Below, piece by piece: positions 6,924 through 13,147 of a stretch of DNA of 24,831 bases. The position numbers and the translations under genes were made by a program. Source of the stretch: a virus (taxonomy: Duplodnaviria > Caudoviricetes); IMG/VR virus record IMGVR_UViG_3300025803_000093, positions 1 through 24,831 of that record; one strand, written 5' to 3'. Numbering within the stretch: the first letter of the stretch is position 1; each line of letters starts with the position of its first letter. Under the pieces are notes generated by a model. The model searched no databases and was not told the DNA's origin. It saw only the letters and a program-made list of their open reading frames with translations.

Positions 6924-7338
6924 AATAAATACTTAATCTTGATAATCCTTCATGGACTCTATTAGATGCTTTACGTTCTGTCAAACCTAAATGATGAGCT
7001 ATTTCAATTATTCCAAAATTATGCCAACAAAATAATTTCATAGTTTCTGCAATCATAGGACCAATTTCTTGGTCACATTCTTGCACAGAAAGTGCAGCTC
7101 CAAGAGCTGATGTAATATGATCACTATTCATACCATCAACTCGTTCTTTAAGATAATTACCTGAAGAACCACCCATGAGCTCACATGCTAATCTGTATCT
7201 AGATCCAGCTTCGTATTCTTCAATAGATATAAGATTTCTATGAAACATATACATTAGACGAGACTCTCTAATGTTTAACCAGATTTTTTTCTTATCTCTA
7301 ATAGTAGAAATAAGTTCTGGTTTTTCAATTTTTCTCAT
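6865..7338 (-). CDS. Late transcription regulator-like protein (DUF6456 / antiterminator Q-like, C-terminal sigma70 region 4-like HTH)
   Basis: ESRLMYMFHRNLISIEEYEAGSRYR near the N-terminus; GIIEIAHHLGLTERKASNRVHEGLSRLSIYYG HTH; adjacent to DUF968 as in lambdoid nin-Q regions. Confidence 0.65.
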   Translation of the reverse strand: MRKIEKPELISTIRDKKKIWLNIRESRLMYMFHRNLISIEEYEAGSRYRLACELMGGSSGNYLKERVDGMNSDHITSALGAALSVQECDQEIGPMIAETMKLFCWHNFGIIEIAHHLGLTERKASNRVHEGLSRLSIYYGYTKVRNTIKGQGTKNKR

Positions 7339-7624
7339 AATTAGTTTTATAATCTTTTAAGTATTTATCAACAAAAGATTTAAAATTATTATTTTTAAAG
7401 TAAAATTTATTGAGTCGATATACTCTGTTTTTAGAACATTGATGATGTCGAGCAATAAGGCTTTTACACCCATACACTTTTGTAGGGTGCAATAGCCAAC
7501 ATAAGATTATAGATAAATTATATATCTTATATTCGTTACTGCATTTTATAGTTCTTTTACCTTTTAATATATCTAAAGATATGTTACAAGTAGAACTTAA
7601 ATATTTTTGTATATTAATAACCAT
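7325..7624 (-). CDS. Stand-alone DnaA C-terminal-like (TrpR-like) HTH protein; alternative start 7657
   Basis: IQKYLSSTCNISLDILKGKRT...NLSIILCWLL...SLIARHHQCSKNRVYR resembles the DnaA domain IV pattern; no SD seen. Confidence 0.5.
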   Translation of the reverse strand: MVINIQKYLSSTCNISLDILKGKRTIKCSNEYKIYNLSIILCWLLHPTKVYGCKSLIARHHQCSKNRVYRLNKFYFKNNNFKSFVDKYLKDYKTNYEKN

Positions 7625-7636
7625 AAGGAGATGTCT

Positions 7637-8422
7637 ATGAAAATCGAGTATCGTCATTCTGCTTCAAAAACTAATACGTTTATTGATAGTCCTGCGTTTT
7701 GGATTATCAATGAGTTATATGATTTTGAATCTAGCCCAAATGCTAGAATGATAATGGGCTTAGCAGCAGAAGATGCAGCTAATCACGCACTACAAAACCA
7801 AATCACCGATGAAGATTCTATCACAAATTTTGCTAAAACAAAATATTTAGAACATAATCGTGATGAGATGGATGACTTATTACCAACAGAACATATTGAT
7901 GATGAATATGAATGGTCAGCTATTATTGCTAATAAGTTTGTTAAAGAACTACCACAGTTTGGTGAAGTAGTATCTTGGCAAAATGAACTTCAAATTCCAG
8001 GCAAAAAGTATGGATTAAAGTATGATGTAATAGCTAAAACTGACTTTGAGTTTAAAGATGTTATTGTAGATACTAAAGCTACAGCATATATCAGAAGACT
8101 TAAATCAGGTAATGTTGATGCTAAATGGTATCCAAAAGAAGCTGATGTAAGACAACAATGCTTGTATAGAGATATGTTTGGCAAAGAAACCATGTTATTA
8201 TATTGTTCTCCAAAAGATCAATATTGTGTAGATATGGTAGGTCGTGATAATTTAACAGAAATTATACATGCTATGAAACATATAGAACACATTATAAACA
8301 TAGCCAAAACTAAAGAAGATATTGTCAGAATGTTTCCTTTAACATTAGACAACTTTAGATGGAAAGGTTCTGAAGGATCTGTGGATTTTGCAAAAAAACT
8401 TTGGACAGAATGTTTACAATAA
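7637..8422 (+). CDS. PD-(D/E)XK superfamily (RecB/Cas4-like) exonuclease
   Basis: HSAS N-terminal motif, AKTD, IVDTK and QQCLY (QxxxY) motifs; SD AAGGAG before ATG 7637. Confidence 0.85.
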   Translation: MKIEYRHSASKTNTFIDSPAFWIINELYDFESSPNARMIMGLAAEDAANHALQNQITDEDSITNFAKTKYLEHNRDEMDDLLPTEHIDDEYEWSAIIANKFVKELPQFGEVVSWQNELQIPGKKYGLKYDVIAKTDFEFKDVIVDTKATAYIRRLKSGNVDAKWYPKEADVRQQCLYRDMFGKETMLLYCSPKDQYCVDMVGRDNLTEIIHAMKHIEHIINIAKTKEDIVRMFPLTLDNFRWKGSEGSVDFAKKLWTECLQ

Positions 8423-8480
8423 TGTATAAAAACTAATGCAAAAATTAGGAAATATAGTAAAACAAATAAATAGGAGACAT

Positions 8481-8945
8481 ATGGAAACAGAAACATTTGA
8501 ATGCTCATTTAGAAAAGCATTTGAGAAAGATAATGGTGGGGTAACAGTTTACGTCACCAAAGATGATGGAACAGATATGACAGTTTATGGTGAAGCCATT
8601 GGAACTAGTCGTTGGCAAAAGGGAGCTAGATTAAAAATTGAGGCTTTGCCTATAAGAACTAGTAAAACTGGTAAGCAATATCAAACAGCTAATTCAATAG
8701 AATTAATTGATGGTGAAACAACTACTGATAATACAGTAAGTCAATCTCGTACTAAATCAGTACCAGACAATTCTTCTCAATGGAAAGAAAAGTATAGACT
8801 TACTATGAGTAATTTATTATCAGCTTGGTTAAGTTCTGGTAAAGAAGTAACACCAGAAATACATAAAAACCTAGATCTGATTGTTAGAGATATTTTAGAT
8901 TCTAAAATGGATACTAAAGATGATCTAGAAGATGCACCATTTTAA
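8481..8945 (+). CDS. Single-stranded DNA-binding protein (OB-fold-like, acidic tail)
   Basis: Beta-rich N-terminal domain; C-terminus DDLEDAPF resembles the SSB DDDIPF tail; SD AGGAG before ATG 8481; follows the exonuclease. Confidence 0.7.
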   Translation: METETFECSFRKAFEKDNGGVTVYVTKDDGTDMTVYGEAIGTSRWQKGARLKIEALPIRTSKTGKQYQTANSIELIDGETTTDNTVSQSRTKSVPDNSSQWKEKYRLTMSNLLSAWLSSGKEVTPEIHKNLDLIVRDILDSKMDTKDDLEDAPF

Positions 8946-8983
8946 ACAGAACACGTCATCTCCCTTTCTGTTAGTTAACGTGT

Positions 8984-9015
8984 GGGTAGGGTCGAAAGGC
9001 CCTATCCTTTTTTTT
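8984..9015 (+). terminator. Intrinsic terminator after the SSB gene
   Basis: GGGTAGGGTC-GAAA-GGCCCTATCC followed by eight T. Confidence 0.85.
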
Positions 9016-9018
9016 ATT

Positions 9019-9192
9019 ATGTATTATTTATTATTTAAATTAGAATTAGAGTTGATGGGTTTAGATACTTTTGGTAAAGATAAACAAATAAGATTATTAT
9101 TTAAAAAAAAATTGGAGAAAAAAAATGATTACAGAGAAACGATTAGAAGACGCATTGAAGTATCTTGCAGAAACAGATGTTCAAAATGCTGA
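9019..9192 (+). CDS. Hypothetical protein (57 aa from ATG 9019; frame open from 8932)
   Basis: Fills the gap after the terminator; no SD. Confidence 0.4.
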   Translation: MYYLLFKLELELMGLDTFGKDKQIRLLFKKKLEKKNDYRETIRRRIEVSCRNRCSKC

Positions 9193-9451
9193 AGCTAATG
9201 CTAAAGTTAAGTATTTGGATAGGCTTCTTAAAAGAAAGAAAGCTCTCCACATCACTGGTAATAGCAACGATAAAAGCATATCTGCCAAAGAACAAGCATA
9301 CTATGCAAGCGAAACTTATGAGAATGCTATTCAGGAACTATTTGATGCTGAGGTTGAAGCAAGCACAATTGAAAATAAAAGAGATAAAGAAGGAATTATA
9401 ATAGATTTATTCAGAACTTTAGAAGCTAGTAGACGTAAAAATACTATATGA
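9125..9451 (+). CDS. All-helical protein, possibly a UvsY-like recombination mediator
   Basis: SD GGAG; ALKYLAETD...SISAKEQAYYASE...IDLFRTLEASRR pattern; location in the recombination module. Function is inference. Confidence 0.5.
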   Translation: MITEKRLEDALKYLAETDVQNAEANAKVKYLDRLLKRKKALHITGNSNDKSISAKEQAYYASETYENAIQELFDAEVEASTIENKRDKEGIIIDLFRTLEASRRKNTI

Positions 9452-9636
9452 TTTATAAATTTAGAATGAAATATTATTACCCAGTAACTACTGAAGTATT
9501 TATTAGTGCTGAGTCAGATGAACAAGCATTAAAAGCTATTAATGAGCTTAACTTGTCTACTCTGGATTGGAAAGAAGATCCAATAAGACAAGATCAAATG
9601 ACTTATGAGGTAGTTAAAGATGGAACGAAGTCCTGA
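9448..9636 (+). CDS. Small hypothetical protein (beta-hairpin plus helix, weakly DpnD/PcfM-like)
   Basis: ATGA overlap; YKF...EVFISAESDEQAL pattern. Confidence 0.6.
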   Translation: MIYKFRMKYYYPVTTEVFISAESDEQALKAINELNLSTLDWKEDPIRQDQMTYEVVKDGTKS

Positions 9637-9934
9637 ACAAAAGTTGTTTTTAACAGTTATTGTTCAAGCTACACATGATGCTGCTTATACTGGTCATAAT
9701 AAATATTTAATTATGCATAAAAGAGACGCAATAAATTGGCTTACTAGTAACTCCAAAGACTTTCAAATAGTTTGCAATCTTGCAAAAATAGATCCATATT
9801 ATGCTACACATAAATTTGTTAAAGCTATGAAGTTAAATGTATATTCTTTAAAAGATTCACAATTTAAAGTAATAAACAAAAAAAAACCAGACCAGTTAAA
9901 GAACCGATCTGGTAAATTTAAATTAGTATTTTAA
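9620..9934 (+). CDS. Conserved phage hypothetical protein (PEQKLF..VIVQA..D...AINWL...DFQIVCNLA.IDP)
   Basis: SD GAGGT; resembles a common phage family of unknown function. Confidence 0.8.
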   Translation: MERSPEQKLFLTVIVQATHDAAYTGHNKYLIMHKRDAINWLTSNSKDFQIVCNLAKIDPYYATHKFVKAMKLNVYSLKDSQFKVINKKKPDQLKNRSGKFKLVF

Positions 9935-10173
9935 TGACAGATAAAACGATATTTAAAGATATGACTTACAATACATTAAATAAACAAGTAGATGGAGATC
10001 ATTATAAATCTATGAAAATTGAACCTGCATATTTTATTAATGAAAATAATTTACCATATGCTGAAGGCAATGCTATTAAGTACATATGTCGTCATAAAAA
10101 GAAGGGTAAAAAGAAGGATATAGAAAAGGCTATACATTACTTGGAGATGATTTTAGAAAGAGATTACAGTTAA
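9934..10173 (+). CDS. DUF3310 family protein (T7 gp1.7-like nucleotide kinase domain)
   Basis: QVDGDHY...GNAIKYICRHKKKG..DIEKAIHYL signature. Confidence 0.88.
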   Translation: MTDKTIFKDMTYNTLNKQVDGDHYKSMKIEPAYFINENNLPYAEGNAIKYICRHKKKGKKKDIEKAIHYLEMILERDYS

Positions 10174-10397
10174 TTTTTTGATTGTATAATTTTTTTAATT
10201 GTTTCACTACCATCTATATTAACTTCTATTTCAGCTTGTACTTCACCACACATGAATTGTTTATTAAGCATATCCATATTTCGTGTTGCTTCTCGTTTCA
10301 TTTTAAGACAAATAGATAAGCTTTCTTGTATTCTATGTTCTACAAGCTCACCATTTATAAATAAACATAACGCAAATACTAATTTAGTGATCGCCAT
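10170..10397 (-). CDS. Small Cys-containing protein, last gene of the late operon (75 aa)
   Basis: Overlaps the upstream gene; hydrophobic N-terminal segment, three Cys. Confidence 0.75.
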   Translation of the reverse strand: MAITKLVFALCLFINGELVEHRIQESLSICLKMKREATRNMDMLNKQFMCGEVQAEIEVNIDGSETIKKIIQSKN

Positions 10398-10758
10398 TTA
10401 GCTTACCTAAATTAGCTCTTACAGAATCTTTTAGTTTTTCAACGTCAATTCTAAGTCTTTCAACATCAGTTTGAAGTCTATCAATATTTACTTTATTGTT
10501 CATCATGTCATCAACTCTTTCTGTTAATTTTTCTAATTGTTCTGCCATGTGTTCAAGCAACATAAATTGTTCTTGGTCAATAGGCTTCTGAGCTGATGCT
10601 TCTAATAGATCTTGTTCTTGTAATTTATCAGCAGTTTCTAATAATGTTATTCTTTCAATAATGCCAAAATAAGCCCAAACACCTATTGCTACTGCTGCTA
10701 CAATTGCAAGTAAATTTCTTATCGGTAAAGATACAGAAGTATTTTCTGATATTTTCAT
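10384..10758 (-). CDS. N-terminal transmembrane plus coiled-coil protein (possible inner-membrane spanin-like)
   Basis: LLAIVAAVAIGVWAYFGII followed by heptad repeats; downstream of the holin. Confidence 0.55.
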   Translation of the reverse strand: MKISENTSVSLPIRNLLAIVAAVAIGVWAYFGIIERITLLETADKLQEQDLLEASAQKPIDQEQFMLLEHMAEQLEKLTERVDDMMNNKVNIDRLQTDVERLRIDVEKLKDSVRANLGKLNGDH

Positions 10759-10919
10759 TTAGCAATTTTACCTTTATTAATACCTTTTTTGATAACATAG
10801 TCTCTAGTTCCATTAGCATTAGTTTCAACTTCTTTTTTAAGAAGTCGAAATATATTCATTTCTTTAGATTTACGTTCAGTTGCTTTTGTGTATTGCTCTA
10901 ATATTTTTGTGTCTCTCAT
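10755..10919 (-). CDS. Small basic hypothetical protein (54 aa, MRDTKILEQY...)
   Basis: ATG 10919 preferred because 10876-11043 occupies the upstream space; ATGA coupling downstream. Confidence 0.65.
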   Translation of the reverse strand: MRDTKILEQYTKATERKSKEMNIFRLLKKEVETNANGTRDYVIKKGINKGKIAK

Positions 10920-11043
10920 AGCTTTGTATAGGTAATGATGCTCCAGATTGATAAAAACATTTAATGCACCATCTTTTATCATCTATTTGTGCATATCTTT
11001 TGTTAAGATTTTTTTTACAAATATAACATTTAGAGTGTTTCAT
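10876..11043 (-). CDS. Small C4 zinc-finger protein (55 aa, CYIC-x16-CIKC)
   Basis: Translated by hand: MKHSKCYICKKNLNKRYAQIDDKRWCIKCFYQSG...; ATGA overlap with the holin stop. Confidence 0.7.
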   Translation of the reverse strand: MKHSKCYICKKNLNKRYAQIDDKRWCIKCFYQSGASLPIQSYERHKNIRAIHKSN

Positions 11044-11417
11044 TTACGTTTCATAATATCAGCACCTTTAAGACCATATATAGCTGATACTACACCAATA
11101 AATATAGCTTGGTACCAGTAAGGTAAATTCTTAAAGTATTCAAAAAACAAATCTAATTTATTACGAATTTCAGGATCGTCAGAAAAGATAGAGTAGACCA
11201 ATACAAGAACAGGAATAGAAACGAGTACAAGGACAAATTCGTCTTTCCAACCATTATCATTGCTCTCAATAATTTTCGCTTTATATTCAAGTTCACCTTT
11301 CGCCATACGTTCAGCATGTACTCGCTGAGCATCTGACATTAATCGTTTAGTTTGTTGTTTGTTTTGATATATATGAGAGGCAGTTTTAACTCCCATGCTC
11401 AATAAATTCAACCACAT
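11040..11417 (-). CDS. Holin (GTA 3-TM holin-like)
   Basis: WKDEFVLVLVSIPVLVLVYSIF and LPYWYQAIFIGVVSAIYGLK membrane segments, basic C-terminus; start at ATG 11417. Confidence 0.7.
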   Translation of the reverse strand: MWLNLLSMGVKTASHIYQNKQQTKRLMSDAQRVHAERMAKGELEYKAKIIESNDNGWKDEFVLVLVSIPVLVLVYSIFSDDPEIRNKLDLFFEYFKNLPYWYQAIFIGVVSAIYGLKGADIMKRK

Positions 11418-11418
11418 A

Positions 11419-11547
11419 TTATTTTTTCTTTTGTTGTTTATATCGTTTGATAAAAAGACGATTGACACGTCTGTGCCAAGCCCAAACTTTAACTTTAATT
11501 GCAATACCCTCTATAATGCTGAGGATCCTGTCGGATAACCTTCCCAT
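11419..11547 (-). CDS. Small basic amphipathic peptide (42 aa, MGRLSDRILSIIEGIAIKVKVWAWHRRVNRLFIKRYKQQKKK)
   Basis: Translated by hand; starts inside the endolysin 3' end and stops 1 nt before the holin ATG. Confidence 0.65.
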   Translation of the reverse strand: MGRLSDRILSIIEGIAIKVKVWAWHRRVNRLFIKRYKQQKKK

Positions 11548-11957
11548 GCCTTATACATTCCTTCCACAATTAGTTCATCATCATAAGGCTGCATACCATT
11601 TTCCATTTGAATAATAGCTTTTACCAAAGGTAAATAATGTTCAATGCTATTATCTAGTTTGTCTAGTGGTTTAATATCCATACGATCACAAACAAAGTTA
11701 ATATATGCTTCAGTATCATTTTCAGATGGTGGAGCCCATCTGTTAATAATATCATCAACGTTAGTTTTTTTATGTATAAATCTATAAGCTAGTAGTATTC
11801 TCATTAATGCACGAATACCCATTACAGCTTCACTAAATACACAGAATACAGGATCTGTTTGCTCATCAGCTAAACCATCCCAATCTGTACCAAGTTTTAT
11901 ATTTCCTGGATTTTTATTTCTAATTCCTCTAGGTAATTTTTCTATTCCATCTGCCAT
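11511..11957 (-). CDS. Putative endolysin (RNNNPGNI family, PM2 P5-like)
   Basis: RGIRNKNPGNI...GIRAL...IINRWAPPSENDTEAYI...AIIQMENG; next to the holin. Confidence 0.75.
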   Translation of the reverse strand: MADGIEKLPRGIRNKNPGNIKLGTDWDGLADEQTDPVFCVFSEAVMGIRALMRILLAYRFIHKKTNVDDIINRWAPPSENDTEAYINFVCDRMDIKPLDKLDNSIEHYLPLVKAIIQMENGMQPYDDELIVEGMYKAWEGYPTGSSAL

Positions 11958-12633
11958 GTTTGTCTAATACCATTGGGATTAACTTAGGCAATCCATCAAT
12001 GATAACTCCTGTTCCTATAACTGGTCTAGACTTTTGTAATTTATTATATTCAAAAGCTAAACTTTTCATATTAATTAAACACCCAACTTGCATACCCCAA
12101 AGTAATTCATTTGGATTACTCCAATAATCTATTTTGAAAGATGTATGATAATGTCCTTGAACAGTACACATACCATATTGTTGAGCAACTTTTAAAACAT
12201 CTTTATATTTACCATGACAGAAGTAAATTTTTTGACCATTAGATGCAGTTACAATCAAATCTTCGTGCCATGACCAACCTTTACCCACACCAAGCATATT
12301 GTTATATGATTTAAATATCTCATGAGGCAAACCATATCTTGTTGCTTTTCTAAATACTAAACTTCCATGATTAGAATCTAGTAATAACATTTTAGGAAAG
12401 AGCTTTTCTAATTTAACAAAAAACTCTTTAGCAACTTTTAACTCATGACTAGGCGAGTATAATCCTGGATGATGATCATGAAATGATATTGAATGCCAAT
12501 CCAATTCATCACCCATATTGACCACAAGATCAGGTTTATATATTTTCTTTAACGCAGCTAAAAAGTCAAGAGTGTCTATATGATGATAAGGTGCGTGTTG
12601 ATCACTTATACAAAGTATTGATTTCCTTAACAT
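11929..12633 (-). CDS. Calcineurin-like metallophosphoesterase
   Basis: Motifs SDQH, GDELD, SNH, HG and GHYH. Confidence 0.88.
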   Translation of the reverse strand: MLRKSILCISDQHAPYHHIDTLDFLAALKKIYKPDLVVNMGDELDWHSISFHDHHPGLYSPSHELKVAKEFFVKLEKLFPKMLLLDSNHGSLVFRKATRYGLPHEIFKSYNNMLGVGKGWSWHEDLIVTASNGQKIYFCHGKYKDVLKVAQQYGMCTVQGHYHTSFKIDYWSNPNELLWGMQVGCLINMKSLAFEYNKLQKSRPVIGTGVIIDGLPKLIPMVLDKHGRWNRKIT

Positions 12634-12641
12634 AACTCATG

Positions 12642-12670
12642 GTTATACAATTATTTGGTGAATAAGTCTA
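12642..12670 (-). promoter_or_regulatory. Putative sigma70-type promoter for the phosphoesterase-lysis genes
   Basis: Minus strand TAGACT, 17-bp spacer, TATAAC, in a rare 53-bp gap of the late operon. Confidence 0.45.
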
Positions 12671-12686
12671 TTAAAAAGGTACAACT

Positions 12687-12950
12687 TTATGCAGGAGTCT
12701 TAGGTTTTGGTTTAGGTACTATAATTTCTATAGGTCTACATTCAAACTTAACAACAATTTTATTTTGTTCTACAAAATCTTTATCATATTGTTCTAATTC
12801 ATCTAATGCTCTAAATGTTTTTTGAGCAATAGCATAACCTGCATTTACACAATCGTAATGATTGCTAAATGAATATCCTGGTATAGTACTTGATGGACAG
12901 TTGTTATGTAAAACACTGCACATCCATAATACTAATACAAATTTTGTCAT
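12687..12950 (-). CDS. Small four-Cys protein with hydrophobic N-terminus (87 aa)
   Basis: ATGA-type coupling; KFVLVLWMC..C...C...FEC pattern. Confidence 0.75.
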   Translation of the reverse strand: MTKFVLVLWMCSVLHNNCPSSTIPGYSFSNHYDCVNAGYAIAQKTFRALDELEQYDKDFVEQNKIVVKFECRPIEIIVPKPKPKTPA

Positions 12951-13147
12951 AGAACTTTATTTAAAAGTATAAACAATTCACCTAATACTGCAAGTCCAAC
13001 AGCTCCAAGAATATATAGTATTCTATCTATATCTTGTTTAATATGAGCTAAATGGTTGTTCTCTAGAGTATCAAGTTTTTGTTTGATAAGATCAATCTCA
13101 CCATGTACTTTTAATAGTTCTTCTTTATTTTCAGTATGTCTACTCAT
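12947..13147 (-). CDS. Coiled-coil plus C-terminal transmembrane protein (XhlA/holin-like)
   Basis: Heptad repeats followed by ILYILGAVGLAVLGELFILL. Confidence 0.6.
   Translation of the reverse strand: MSRHTENKEELLKVHGEIDLIKQKLDTLENNHLAHIKQDIDRILYILGAVGLAVLGELFILLNKVL

Noticed and set aside
7637-8422. Cas4 / CRISPR system
   Set aside because: No four-Cys Fe-S motif, no cas genes and no repeat-spacer array; an ordinary phage exonuclease fits better.
1768-8508. Minus-strand ORFs 1768-1977, 7990-8193 and 8218-8508
   Set aside because: Antisense shadows of well-supported plus-strand genes.
8941-8947. TTTAAAC as a -1 slippery heptamer
   Set aside because: Not in the SSB reading frame, and the SSB stop lies within it.
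9165-9401. Nested same-strand 78-aa ORF
   Set aside because: Fully inside 9125-9451, no SD, no recognisable motif.
856-11504. ORF-track upstream starts at 856, 1198, 3024, 7607, 8436, 10982 and 11504
   Set aside because: Downstream ATGs have better SDs or coupling; the extensions cross hairpins or other genes.
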